Below are positions 1 to 9,778 of a stretch of DNA of 64,000 nucleotides, piece by piece. The stretch comes from Candidatus Omnitrophota bacterium (lineage in GTDB: Bacteria; Omnitrophota; Gorgyraeia; Zapsychrales; JANLHA01): positions 18,817-82,816 of the forward strand of contig JBFMEN010000058.1 of NCBI GenBank assembly GCA_040753435.1. Reading direction: 5' to 3'. The translations under genes were made by a program, and so were the position numbers. The first letter of the stretch is position 1; each line of letters starts with the position of its first letter. The notes under the pieces were generated by a model. The model made no database searches and was not told the origin of the DNA. It saw only the letters and a list, made by a program, of their open reading frames with translations.

Positions 1-1
1 C

Positions 2-556
2 CTGCTCGGTTTTTTGGGAAAAGATTATGATATGCCGGTGGCCGTCTTATCGGCTCTTACGCTGGGGCTGTCCGTTGATTTCTCAATTCATTTTATTGAA
101 AGAGCGATGGCGGTCAATAAGAAGACGGGGGCATGGTCTCAAACTGCCGATGAAATGTTTAAGGGGCCGGGACGGGCAATTGTAAGAAATGCTCTTGTCG
201 TCGCTATCGGATTCCTTCCTTTGCTGGCAGCGCCCTTGGTCCCGTATAAAACTGTCGGTTTTTTTATGTTTATGATTATGGCGGTATCAGGCATCGCGGC
301 GTTATTTATTTTGCCCGCGATAGTGACCGTGTCCCCAAAATTAATTTTTGAAAAAGAAAACAAGGCCGGATGTAAATGTGCGCATTGTTTACTAACCGGT
401 TTTTTTGTTGCGGTCTCCGTGGCATATGTATTGTTCGGGTTTAACGTGAGAAAGTGGACTTTGATGACTTTTATCACGATTGGGGTGATTGTTTTTTCTT
501 CTGTTCTGTGTTATTTTGCTTCAAAATCAGCAAGATGTTTTAGCGAGGAGGAATAA
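2..556 (+). CDS. RND/MMPL-family exporter, C-terminal portion; the gene runs off the 5' edge of the window
   Basis: The frame is open to position 2. The translated C-terminus is a run of hydrophobic helices with Gly/Pro-rich connectors (…GFLPLLAAPLVPYKTVGFFMFMIMAVSGIAALFILPAIV…), typical of the last transmembrane bundle of MMPL/RND transporters. Confidence 0.5.
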   Translation: MLGFLGKDYDMPVAVLSALTLGLSVDFSIHFIERAMAVNKKTGAWSQTADEMFKGPGRAIVRNALVVAIGFLPLLAAPLVPYKTVGFFMFMIMAVSGIAALFILPAIVTVSPKLIFEKENKAGCKCAHCLLTGFFVAVSVAYVLFGFNVRKWTLMTFITIGVIVFSSVLCYFASKSARCFSEEE

Positions 557-557
557 G

Positions 558-1352
558 ATGAGAACATTGATCGTTGTTGTATTGGGGATAATGATGGCGG
601 CGGGGCAAGGCCTTGCCCAGGATTTGAGCGTCGATCAGATCGTCGAGAAAGCAAATTTTGCTGCATATTACGGCGGGGATGATGGATTGTCGGATGCGAA
701 CATGACGATCAAGGATGCACAGGGGCGGACACGCAACCGTGTCTTCCGCATTCTGCGTTATGATGTTGAGGATGGTGGGGAGCAGAGGTTTTATGTTTAT
801 TTTTATAAACCCACAGATGTATCACGTATGGTTTATATGGTTTGGAAGCACATCGGGCGTGACGATGATCGATGGCTTTATTTGCCAGCCATGGATTTGG
901 TGAGGAGAATCGCCTCCAGCGACAAGCGTTCAAGTTTTGTTGGGTCCCATTTTGTTTATGAGGACGTTTCCGGCCGGGGAACCCAGGCGGATACTCATAA
1001 GTTAATTGAGACAACTGATGAATATTATAAAGTCAGGAACATTCCGAAGGACACTAAAGGGGTTGAGTTCGCCTATTATGATGTGTGGATAAGAAAAGAT
1101 AATTTTCTTCCCTACAAGTCCGAGTATTATGACAGTCTGGATAAAATGTACCGCTCAATTGAAGCGATGGAAATTAAAGACATTGAAGGAATTCCTACGG
1201 TCGTAAAATCAGTGGCAAAGGATGCTACCAGGGGCGGTGAAACCACCATGGAATTCTCAAACATTGATTATAATGTTGGTTTTGATGCGAGTCTTTTCGA
1301 AGAAAGGTATTTGCGGCGGCCTGCGATGCAATGGCTGAAGGAGGCGCAGTGA
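558..1352 (+). CDS. LolA-like outer-membrane lipoprotein-sorting family protein (secreted)
   Basis: GGAGGA RBS precedes the ATG at 558, and the N-terminus is a signal peptide (MRTLIVVVLGIMMAAGQGLAQD). Size (~265 aa) and position directly downstream of an MMPL exporter match the LolA-like family commonly paired with MMPL pumps. The track's 489 start looks too early. Confidence 0.5.
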   Translation: MRTLIVVVLGIMMAAGQGLAQDLSVDQIVEKANFAAYYGGDDGLSDANMTIKDAQGRTRNRVFRILRYDVEDGGEQRFYVYFYKPTDVSRMVYMVWKHIGRDDDRWLYLPAMDLVRRIASSDKRSSFVGSHFVYEDVSGRGTQADTHKLIETTDEYYKVRNIPKDTKGVEFAYYDVWIRKDNFLPYKSEYYDSLDKMYRSIEAMEIKDIEGIPTVVKSVAKDATRGGETTMEFSNIDYNVGFDASLFEERYLRRPAMQWLKEAQ

Positions 1353-2620
1353 GATCTTTGTTAATCGGAATCATGGTTGTTTTGATAAACGCTGTTTCTT
1401 ATGCGGCGATCCCTGATATTAACGGTTTTGTTGAGACTGCGGGAGGAATTCGTTTGAGCGGGAATGATCATGGCGTCCGTCATCAGGATTATACCTTGTT
1501 CGAAACACGACTGCAGTTGAAAAAACGGCATTTTTTTGACCAGGGATATCTGGGTGAACACGGCGGCATGATGGACGTGAAGCTTGAGGGCCTGCTTGAC
1601 GGATATTTTGGATGGAAGACAAATGTGACGGCGCGTGAGCTCAATTTCGGGATCAGTCCCATACCCCAGATGGATCTGAAACTGGGACGGCAGGTGCTGA
1701 CTTGGGGAACAGGAGATTATTTGTTCGTTAACGATATGTTTCCAAAGGATTACATTTCCTTTTTTGCCGGCCGTGATGATGAATACTTGAAAAAGCCTTC
1801 AGATGCAGTTCGCTCTCTGTTTTATTTTGACGCGGTGAATGTCGATCTGGTTTTTATTCCTTTTGCCGAACAGAATACGACGCCTGAAGGCGACAGGTTA
1901 TCTTTTTATGATTCGTTTCAGGGAGGTCTGGCAGGGGAAGACTCCGACCGCCATCTCATTGAACCGCCCCATCAATTATCAAACAGCGAGGTGGCATTAC
2001 GTCTTTTCCGTTCTTTAGGAAGTTATGAGACGGCAGCTTATTTTTTTCATGGGTTTTGGAAAAATCCTAATAGTTACAAGGATGAAATTAATCGGCAGCT
2101 TTTTTATCCCAGGGTGAATGTTTATGGCGCCAGTATTCGCGGTCCCTGGATGGGGGGGATCGCCAATGCGGAAGCTGGTTATTACCATTCCCAGGAAGAC
2201 AGCGACGGGAATAACCGCCTTATTGCCAATTCCATGGCGAAAATTATGACAGGCTATTCAAAAGATCTGGGTTCGGATCTGCAGGTCGGAGTTCAGTATT
2301 TAGTGGAGAGGACACTGGACTATGATGCCTATGCGAGCAGCTTGCTGTCCCAGGACTTGAGTTTTGACGAGTATCGTCACTTGATCACCCAGAGAGTGAC
2401 AAAACTATTCAGAAATCAAACCGTTGAATGTTCATTGTTTAACTTTTATTCTCCGTCAGATCAGGACGGGTATTTAAGGGCGTCTATTTCTTATGACTGG
2501 GCCGATCAATGGAATGTAACGACGGGTATTAATATTCCGTGGGGCGACGATGAATACACAGAATTTGGGCAGATGCAGGATAATAAAAACGCTTACGTGC
2601 GGGTGAGGTATAGTTTTTAA
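1349..2620 (+). CDS. Outer-membrane beta-barrel-type protein of unknown family, partner of the MMPL/LolA-like pair
   Basis: GGAGG RBS precedes an in-frame GTG at 1349. The N-terminus is a signal peptide (LLIGIMVVLINAVSYAAIPD). The sequence has alternating amphipathic segments and ends …VRVRYSF with a terminal aromatic residue, as in OM barrels. It overlaps the upstream gene by 4 nt (translational coupling). Confidence 0.4.
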   Translation: MRSLLIGIMVVLINAVSYAAIPDINGFVETAGGIRLSGNDHGVRHQDYTLFETRLQLKKRHFFDQGYLGEHGGMMDVKLEGLLDGYFGWKTNVTARELNFGISPIPQMDLKLGRQVLTWGTGDYLFVNDMFPKDYISFFAGRDDEYLKKPSDAVRSLFYFDAVNVDLVFIPFAEQNTTPEGDRLSFYDSFQGGLAGEDSDRHLIEPPHQLSNSEVALRLFRSLGSYETAAYFFHGFWKNPNSYKDEINRQLFYPRVNVYGASIRGPWMGGIANAEAGYYHSQEDSDGNNRLIANSMAKIMTGYSKDLGSDLQVGVQYLVERTLDYDAYASSLLSQDLSFDEYRHLITQRVTKLFRNQTVECSLFNFYSPSDQDGYLRASISYDWADQWNVTTGINIPWGDDEYTEFGQMQDNKNAYVRVRYSF

Positions 2621-2716
2621 TTAAAAATTAAATTGGAAGAGGGGGATGGAAAAATTTTATTGATTTTCGGCTTTCCATCGTCCATAATCTATCTTCCTTT
2701 GTAAAGGATAACAATT

Positions 2717-2896
2717 ATGGAGAGGATGTTAAGAGGAATCGCAGGCTTTTTTATTTTGGCTTCCGTGGTCTTAGCCGTAACGATCCATCCGGCCTGGTTA
2801 TGGTTTACCGGTTTTGTGGGTTTAAACCTTTTGCAGTCATCAATTACCAACTGGTGTCCTATGATGTGGTTTTTAAGGCGGATTGGTGTCAAGTGA
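2717..2896 (+). CDS. DUF2892/YgaP-like small inner-membrane protein (59 aa), absent from the ORF track
   Basis: ATG at 2717 runs to TGA at 2894-2896. Translation is MERMLRGIAGFFILASVVLAVTIHPAWLWFTGFVGLNLLQSSITNWCPMMWFLRRIGVK: two TM helices, then the hallmark NWCP…(F/L) motif of DUF2892. It falls just below the track's 60-aa cutoff. The antisense 2689..2892 ORF is probably spurious. Confidence 0.55.
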   Translation: MERMLRGIAGFFILASVVLAVTIHPAWLWFTGFVGLNLLQSSITNWCPMMWFLRRIGVK

Positions 2897-3030
2897 TGGA
2901 ATCAAAAAGAGCCTCTTTTTAAATAGATTCTTTCAGAAATTTTCAGCTTTTTCAGGTCGCTCTGATATCTCGCCGTTGTTTTCGATCTCCTTAATTTTAA
3001 CACTACATGTAAGTATAATTACGTATTGAC

Positions 3031-3046
3031 ACACTATATATAGTGT
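3031..3046. promoter_or_regulatory. NrdR box (NrdR repressor binding site) upstream of nrdDG
   Basis: ACACTATATATAGTGT is a perfect 16-bp palindrome matching the published NrdR-box consensus acaCwAtATaTwGtgt. It lies ~60 nt upstream of the nrdD start. A TATAAT hexamer sits at 3015-3020 and a degenerate palindrome TACATGTA at 3004-3011. Confidence 0.7.
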
Positions 3047-3107
3047 GTATGATGTTATTTGTTCTTGCTCATATTTTTTTCCATTTTTTTATTAAAAGGA
3101 GGTTCCG

Positions 3108-5216
3108 GTGGGGCCGACAACAACTATCACGAAGATCATCAAGAGAGATGGCTCAATCGAGGATTTTGAACCGCAAAAGATTATTAGCGCGATTCAAAAG
3201 GCAGGAGAGGCGACTGGAGAATTTGGGGAAGTTGTTGCGCGAAATTTAACGATGCGGGTCGTTAACATTGCCCATCAAATGATGGCCAACCGGGCCCCGG
3301 CAGTTGAGGAAATTCAGGACATCGTTGAAGAAGTCCTTTTAACTTCTCCTTATAAAAAGACAGCTAAAGCTTACATTATTTACCGCGATCAGCATGCCAA
3401 GATCCGGGAAATTACTTCAGCAAGTCAAGTGGGCATGGTCGACCAGTACCTGGAACGACTGGATTGGAAGGTCAATGAAAATAGTAATATGTCATATTCT
3501 CTTCAGGGGCTGAATAATTATATTTCGACAGAGGTCACCAAAATTTATTGGCTTAATAAAATATATCCGCCTGAGATCCGTGACGGTCATCAGAACGGCG
3601 ATTTTCATATTCATGATCTGGGGCTTTTAAGCGTTTATTGCGTTGGATGGGATTTGCAGGACCTCTTAATGCAGGGTTTTCATGGCGCCTCAGGCAAGAT
3701 GGAATCTTCTCCGGCCAAACATTTTCGTACGGCCCTCGGGCAGATTGTCAATTTCTTCTATACATTGCAAGGCGAGGCAGCAGGCGCTCAGGCCTTTTCG
3801 AATTTCGATACTCTTTTGGCCCCGTTTATCCGATATGATAATCTTGCATACAAGGAAGTTAAGCAGGCCCTCCAGGAATTTATTTTTAACGTCAACGTTC
3901 CTACCAGGGTTGGGTTTCAGACGCCGTTTACCAATCTAACGCTTGATTTAACTGTTCCTTCTCACTTGGCCGACCAACCCGCTGTTTATTGCGGCAAACT
4001 GCAGAAGGAAACTTACCGGGAATTTCAGGCGGAAATGGATGTGTTGAACAAGGCGTTTCTGGAAGTGATGCTTGAGGGAGATGCTAAAGGAAGGGTCTTT
4101 ACGTTCCCGATTCCCACGTACAATATCACAAAGGATTTTGATTGGGATAATCCCAATATCGAATTGTTGTGGAAGATCACGGCAAAGTATGGAATTCCTT
4201 ATTTTGCCAATTTTGTCAATTCCGATATGAGCCCGGATGACGCCCGCAGCATGTGTTGCCGTCTTCGTCTTGATAACAGAGAGTTGCGCAAACGGGGCGG
4301 GGGGTTGTTTGGCGCTTCGCCTCAAACTGGTTCTGCCGGCGTTGTGACTATTAATCTTCCTCGATTGGGGTACACTTCAAATAATGCCGAGGAATTCTAT
4401 ATCCGGCTGGAGCAGCTGATGCTGCTGGCCAAGGAGAGCCTTGAGATCAAACGTAAGGTTCTGGAGGATTTCACCGACTCAGGATTGTATCCGTATTCCC
4501 GATATTATTTGCGTAATGTGAAGAGCCGGTTGGGGCAATATTGGAAAAACCACTTTTCAACAATAGGTCTCGTTGGCATGAATGAAGCCTGCATGAATCT
4601 TTTTGGGGAAGGAATTTCTTTGGAAAGGGGAAAGAAGTTTTCAGGAGAAGTTTTAGATTTCATGCGCAATAAACTGGTTCAATTCCAGGAAGAAACCGGG
4701 AATAACTATAATCTGGAAGCGACTCCGGCGGAAGGTGTTTCTTACCGAATGGCTCGTCGGGATAAAGAGGAATTTCCAGATATTATTTGCGCAAATGAAA
4801 ATGAATATAAAACAGGAAAAGACCCGTTTTATACCAATTCCACGCATTTACCTGTAAATTATTCTGACGATATCTTTGAAGTTCTGGATATTCAAGATGA
4901 TTTGCAGACAAAGTATACGGGAGGAACCGTTCTTCATATTTTTGTTGGAGAACGCATTAAAGATACTGAGGCACTGAAACAGTTCATCAAAACCGTTTGC
5001 ACCACATATCGTCTCCCGTATTTTACGATCAGCCCGACATTCAGTGTGTGTCCCAGTTGCGGGTATATTGCCGGGGAATATACTTTATGTCCAAAATGCG
5101 GGGATGAGTGTGAAGTTTATTCAAGGGTTGTCGGATATCTGAGACCGGTGAAGCAGTGGAATAATGGTAAGAAAGCTGAGTTCGATACACGGAAGACATA
5201 TAAGTTATGCGTATAG
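3108..5216 (+). CDS. nrdD: Anaerobic ribonucleoside-triphosphate reductase (class III RNR)
   Basis: AAAGGAGG RBS precedes a GTG start. There is an N-terminal ATP-cone (KIIKRDGSIEDFEPQKIISAIQKAG), a C-terminal Zn ribbon (CPSCGYIAGEYTLCPKCG) and the glycyl-radical motif SRVVGYLRPV. Confidence 0.92.
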   Translation: MGPTTTITKIIKRDGSIEDFEPQKIISAIQKAGEATGEFGEVVARNLTMRVVNIAHQMMANRAPAVEEIQDIVEEVLLTSPYKKTAKAYIIYRDQHAKIREITSASQVGMVDQYLERLDWKVNENSNMSYSLQGLNNYISTEVTKIYWLNKIYPPEIRDGHQNGDFHIHDLGLLSVYCVGWDLQDLLMQGFHGASGKMESSPAKHFRTALGQIVNFFYTLQGEAAGAQAFSNFDTLLAPFIRYDNLAYKEVKQALQEFIFNVNVPTRVGFQTPFTNLTLDLTVPSHLADQPAVYCGKLQKETYREFQAEMDVLNKAFLEVMLEGDAKGRVFTFPIPTYNITKDFDWDNPNIELLWKITAKYGIPYFANFVNSDMSPDDARSMCCRLRLDNRELRKRGGGLFGASPQTGSAGVVTINLPRLGYTSNNAEEFYIRLEQLMLLAKESLEIKRKVLEDFTDSGLYPYSRYYLRNVKSRLGQYWKNHFSTIGLVGMNEACMNLFGEGISLERGKKFSGEVLDFMRNKLVQFQEETGNNYNLEATPAEGVSYRMARRDKEEFPDIICANENEYKTGKDPFYTNSTHLPVNYSDDIFEVLDIQDDLQTKYTGGTVLHIFVGERIKDTEALKQFIKTVCTTYRLPYFTISPTFSVCPSCGYIAGEYTLCPKCGDECEVYSRVVGYLRPVKQWNNGKKAEFDTRKTYKLCV

Positions 5217-5899
5217 GCGGTTTTCAAAAAATTTCGCTCATTGATTATCCCGGCAAAATTTCGGCAGTGGTTTTTACCCAAGGCTGTAATTTTCGCTGCC
5301 CTTTTTGCCATAATGCCCATCTGGTTTTGCCTTCACTTTTCCGGGAGTCACTGTCTGAGGAGGAAATCATCGGTTTCCTGGCTTCAAGGACGGGGAGACT
5401 TCAGGGTGTTGTAATTACCGGCGGAGAACCCACTCTCCAGAATGATTTAAAAGATTTTATTAAAAAAATCAAGGTCATGGGTTATGCAGTGAAGCTTGAT
5501 ACCAATGGAAGCAGGCCGTTCATTCTTGAAGAACTGATCCGGCAAAAGCTCGTTGATTTTGTAGCCATGGATGTCAAAGCCCCCATTGAACGGTATAGGG
5601 AAGTCTCTGGCGTTAATGTTAATCCGGATTTTATTAAAAAGAGCATTGAATTGCTCATTAATTCCGGATTGCAGTACCAATTCCGGACTACCTTTACCAA
5701 ACCGCTTTTAAATGAAGTCGATCTTTCGGGTATCATGTCTCTAATCGGGCAAGGTGCCAAAAATTTTTGTCTCCAGCCTTTTGTTCCCCAGGAGAGCATT
5801 CTTGACGATACGCTGCTGGACAAAGCACAGTATCAGGATGAAGAATTCAACCTGTTGCGGAAATGCTGTGAGGAGACGATTGAGGCCTTGGCAGGGTAA
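5207..5899 (+). CDS. nrdG: Anaerobic RNR activating protein (radical SAM)
   Basis: Carries the CNFRCPFCHN (CxxxCxxC) cluster near the N-terminus and GGEPTL. It overlaps nrdD by 10 nt. Size is 230 aa. Confidence 0.85.
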   Translation: MRIGGFQKISLIDYPGKISAVVFTQGCNFRCPFCHNAHLVLPSLFRESLSEEEIIGFLASRTGRLQGVVITGGEPTLQNDLKDFIKKIKVMGYAVKLDTNGSRPFILEELIRQKLVDFVAMDVKAPIERYREVSGVNVNPDFIKKSIELLINSGLQYQFRTTFTKPLLNEVDLSGIMSLIGQGAKNFCLQPFVPQESILDDTLLDKAQYQDEEFNLLRKCCEETIEALAG

Positions 5900-6097
5900 A
5901 CGAATTCCTTCCGGTTTCTTTTCCAAAAATTAATTTAACTGTTTTTGAGCGGCTTAGTGTTTAACAAACACGCTTTATTTTTTAATAAGCAGTGGTATAA
6001 TAACCTAATTTCTTTTTCCCTAAATATTATCAAAGCCGTTTTTTACGGCATTAGATATGTCCGGTGTAACCTTTTTAAAACAATCGAGAGGAATGTT

Positions 6098-9000
6098 ATG
6101 AATAGGCAAAAAGTTACTATTGACGGAAATGAGGCAGCGGCTTACGTTGCTCATCGAGTTTCAGAAGTTGTCGCGATTTATCCGATCACGCCTTCTTCAC
6201 CTATGGGTGAATGGGCGGATGCGTGGACTGCCATGGGGCAGGCAAATATCTGGGGAACCGTTCCTCTTGTACAGGAAATGCAGAGTGAGGGGGGAGCTGC
6301 AGGTGCTGTTCATGGAGCTCTGCAGACCGGTTCCCTTACAACGACCTTCACAGCATCCCAAGGGTTATTGCTGATGATTCCAAATATGTTTAAGATCGCC
6401 GGTGAACTTACTCCGACTGTCTTTCACGTTACGGCCCGTTCGATAGCCTGTCAGGCGTTATCGATTTTTGGCGACCATTCTGATGTAATGGCCACCCGTT
6501 CGACAGGTTTTGCCATGATCGCGTCAAACTCCATCCAGGAAGTCATGGACATGGCGATGATTTCACATGCCGCAACACTGGAAGCCAAGGTTCCATTTCT
6601 CCATTTTTTTGATGGATTTCGTACATCCCATGAGGTCGCAAAGATAGAACAGCTGACTGGTGATGACATCCGCGCAATGATCGACGACAAATATGTCTTT
6701 GAGCACAGGATGCGCGCGCTTTCGCCGGATCACCCGGTTTTAAGAGGGACAGCGCAGAACCCGGACGTTTATTTCCAGGGCCGTGAAACGGTGAATCCTT
6801 ATTACAATAAATGCGCTGCGATTGTTCAAAAGACCATGGATAAGTTTGCCGGATTGACAGGGCGTCAGTATAAATTGTTTGATTATGTCGGGGCTCCCGA
6901 TGCCGAACGGGTGATTGTGCTGATTGGTTCGGGTGCAGAAGCCGTTGAAGAAAGCGTTGATTATTTGACCAAAAAGGGTGAAAAGATTGGCGTGGTCAAA
7001 GTTCGTTTATACAGACCTTTCTCCGGCGAAGCCTGCGTCGCCGCTTTTCCAAAAACGGTTAAGAAGATCGCCGTCCTCGACAGGACTAAAGAGCCGGGAG
7101 CAGGCGGGGAGCCGCTGTATCTCGACGTGGTAAACGCATTTGCAGAATTCGGGGATGGACGGTCGCCAAAAATTGTCGGCGGACGATACGGACTTTCTTC
7201 CAAAGAGTTTAATTCAGGGATGATCAAAGGGCTGTTTGACGAGCTGGCAAAGAGCGAGCCAAAGAACCATTTTACTGTTGGTATTAACGATGATGTCACT
7301 CACACCAGCATCGCCTACGATTCATCATTTTCTATTGAAGACCCGCAAGGTGTCCAGGCTGTATTTTATGGGTTAGGTTCGGATGGAACGGTTGGTGCGA
7401 ATAAAAATTCCATTAAAATTATTGGTGAAGAAACGAATAATTACGCCCAGGGCTATTTTGTTTATGATTCCAAAAAGGCCGGTTCCGTCACTGTTTCCCA
7501 TTTGCGGTTCGGTCCGAACCCCATTAAGGCGACGTATCTGGTTTCAGAAGCGAGTTTTGTGGGATGCCATCAGTTTTCTTTTCTTGAGAAATATGACGTG
7601 CTCGATCAGCTTAAAACAGGCGGGGTGTTCTTACTGAACAGTCAGTTTGATTCTGAAGCAGTTTGGGACCATCTTCCCAAAAACATCCAGGAGAAGATCA
7701 TTGAGAAAAAGGCGAACTTTTATGTTATTGACGCTTACCAGGTAGCCAGGGATACGGGAATGGGAGTGCGCATCAATACCATTATGCAGACTTGTTTCTT
7801 TGCTATTTCCGGCGTTTTACCCAAAGATGAAGCCATCGCCGCCATCAAGAGCGCAATCAAGAAAACTTATGGGAAAAAAGGCGAGGAGATCGTTCAGAAG
7901 AATTATAAGGCGGTCGATGAATCCCTGGCGCATCTTCATAAGGTCAAGGTTCCCGGGAAGGCAACCAGTACGATCGAAAGACCTCCGATCGTGTCAAATC
8001 AGGCGCCGCAGTTCGTCAAGGACGTGACCGCCATGATCATGGCCGGTAAAGGCGACAGTATATCCGTTTCCCAAATGCCTTGTGACGGCTCTTTTCCCAC
8101 GGGAACAACAAAATGGGAAAAGCGTAACATTGCCTTGGAAATTCCTGTTTGGGACCCTGAAACATGCATTCAGTGCGGTAAGTGTATTTCCGTCTGTCCG
8201 CATGCCACTATCCGCATGAAGGCCTATGATCCGAAACATTTGGAGCATGCTCCAAAGACATTTAAATCTGCTGATTCAAAAAATAAAGATTGGCCGGGAA
8301 TGAAGTTCACCATCCAGGTCGCGCCTGAAGATTGTACCGGCTGCGGCATTTGCGGTCAGGCTTGCCCCGCCAAAAACAAACAGGAGCCCAGTAAGAAAGC
8401 TATCAACATGGCTCCGCAGCCTCCTCTTCGTGAACAGGAAAGAGCGAACTGGGAATATTATCAATCAATTCCCGAAATGGACCGCACCATGGTTAAGAAA
8501 AACGCGACCAGGACGGTTCAGGCTCTCCAGCCGTTGTTTGAATTTTCCGGATGCTGCGCCGGGTGCGGGGAAACTCCTTACATCAAACTGGTGACGCAGC
8601 TTTTCGGTGATCGAATGGTCGTGGCTAATGCCACGGGTTGCTCGTCCATTTATGGCGGAAATCTTCCAACCACTCCTTACACAGTCAATTCCGAAGGACG
8701 TGGACCGGCCTGGTCCAATTCCTTATTTGAGGATAACGCGGAATTCGGGTTAGGCTTCCGTCTGACTATTGATAAGCAGGCTGAGTTCGCCCGCGAATTG
8801 GTGAAGAAACTTGCGTCGAAGATCGGCGATCAGCTGGCGGCAGCGATACTTGAATCCAATCAGTCCGAGGAAGAAGGAATATTCGCCCAGCGCCAGCGCG
8901 TTGAGGAACTGAAAAAGAAACTGGTTAATGATAAATCCATCGAAGCCCAGCATTTATTAAGCGTTGCCGACATGCTGGTCAAGAAAAGCGTATGGATTTT

Positions 9001-9652
9001 CGGAGGCGACGGTTGGGCATATGATATTGGTTATGGCGGCCTTGACCACGTTCTGGCTTCAGATCGAAATGTCAATGTCATGGTGTTGGATACGGAAGTT
9101 TATTCCAATACGGGAGGACAGGCATCGAAATCGACTCCAAGGGCGGCGGTTGCAAAATTTGCAGCGAGCGGAAAACCTCTGGCCAAGAAGGACCTTGCCC
9201 GTATGGCCATGACCTATGGTTCAGTTTATGTGGCGATGATTGCCTTTGGGGCCAACGACAACCAGGCGGTGAAGGCCTTGCTGGAAGCGGAAGCTTATGA
9301 CGGTCCGTCGTTGATCCTTGCCTACAGCCATTGTATCGCTCACGGCATTAATATGATCGCCGGCCTTGATAACCAGAAAGCCGCCGTCGATTGTGGACAC
9401 TGGCCGTTGTTCCGTTTTAATCCGGCTTTATTGGCTGAAGGCAAGAATCCATTGACGCTGGATTCCACTGCTCCAAAATCATCGTTTGAGGATTTCGCTT
9501 ACAAGCAGAATCGTTTTAACATGCTGACAAAGAGCCAGCCTGAAATGGCAAAAGAGTTGTTACGGATGGCTCAGCATGACGTCGAAACGAAATGGCGCAG
9601 CTATGCCGCGTTAAAAGATCAGTATGATGTTATGTTAGGTCTGAATAAGTAA
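6098..9652 (+). CDS. por: Pyruvate:ferredoxin (flavodoxin) oxidoreductase, single-polypeptide form
   Basis: Begins MNRQKVTIDGNEAAAYVAHRVSEVVAIYPITPSSPMGEW (PFOR N-terminus). Two ferredoxin-type CxxCxxCxxxCP motifs sit mid-protein, and a TPP-binding GDGW…D region near the C-terminus. GAGAGG RBS precedes the ATG at 6098; the track's 5945 start is upstream non-coding. Confidence 0.93.
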   Translation: MNRQKVTIDGNEAAAYVAHRVSEVVAIYPITPSSPMGEWADAWTAMGQANIWGTVPLVQEMQSEGGAAGAVHGALQTGSLTTTFTASQGLLLMIPNMFKIAGELTPTVFHVTARSIACQALSIFGDHSDVMATRSTGFAMIASNSIQEVMDMAMISHAATLEAKVPFLHFFDGFRTSHEVAKIEQLTGDDIRAMIDDKYVFEHRMRALSPDHPVLRGTAQNPDVYFQGRETVNPYYNKCAAIVQKTMDKFAGLTGRQYKLFDYVGAPDAERVIVLIGSGAEAVEESVDYLTKKGEKIGVVKVRLYRPFSGEACVAAFPKTVKKIAVLDRTKEPGAGGEPLYLDVVNAFAEFGDGRSPKIVGGRYGLSSKEFNSGMIKGLFDELAKSEPKNHFTVGINDDVTHTSIAYDSSFSIEDPQGVQAVFYGLGSDGTVGANKNSIKIIGEETNNYAQGYFVYDSKKAGSVTVSHLRFGPNPIKATYLVSEASFVGCHQFSFLEKYDVLDQLKTGGVFLLNSQFDSEAVWDHLPKNIQEKIIEKKANFYVIDAYQVARDTGMGVRINTIMQTCFFAISGVLPKDEAIAAIKSAIKKTYGKKGEEIVQKNYKAVDESLAHLHKVKVPGKATSTIERPPIVSNQAPQFVKDVTAMIMAGKGDSISVSQMPCDGSFPTGTTKWEKRNIALEIPVWDPETCIQCGKCISVCPHATIRMKAYDPKHLEHAPKTFKSADSKNKDWPGMKFTIQVAPEDCTGCGICGQACPAKNKQEPSKKAINMAPQPPLREQERANWEYYQSIPEMDRTMVKKNATRTVQALQPLFEFSGCCAGCGETPYIKLVTQLFGDRMVVANATGCSSIYGGNLPTTPYTVNSEGRGPAWSNSLFEDNAEFGLGFRLTIDKQAEFARELVKKLASKIGDQLAAAILESNQSEEEGIFAQRQRVEELKKKLVNDKSIEAQHLLSVADMLVKKSVWIFGGDGWAYDIGYGGLDHVLASDRNVNVMVLDTEVYSNTGGQASKSTPRAAVAKFAASGKPLAKKDLARMAMTYGSVYVAMIAFGANDNQAVKALLEAEAYDGPSLILAYSHCIAHGINMIAGLDNQKAAVDCGHWPLFRFNPALLAEGKNPLTLDSTAPKSSFEDFAYKQNRFNMLTKSQPEMAKELLRMAQHDVETKWRSYAALKDQYDVMLGLNK

Positions 9653-9778
9653 TTAAGAGCGAAAAGGGAAGGGCGGAAAGTGAATGGTAAAATATAAGGC
9701 GCAGGGGATAAGGCATTCTTTATTCCTTTTCGCCCTTCACTTTTCATTCTTTTTTATAATTGCGAAAGGGGGCGCGGT

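Noticed and set aside
139-1014. Antisense/alternate-frame ORFs 139..477(-), 709..1014(-), 715..903(+)
   Set aside because: They overlap the MMPL and LolA-like coding frames, have no RBS, and give compositionally odd translations.
3043-3249. 68-aa Arg-rich ORF overlapping the NrdR box and nrdD start
   Set aside because: It is in a different frame from nrdD, begins inside the operator/promoter, and its Arg/Lys-rich translation is typical of out-of-frame reading of a coding region.
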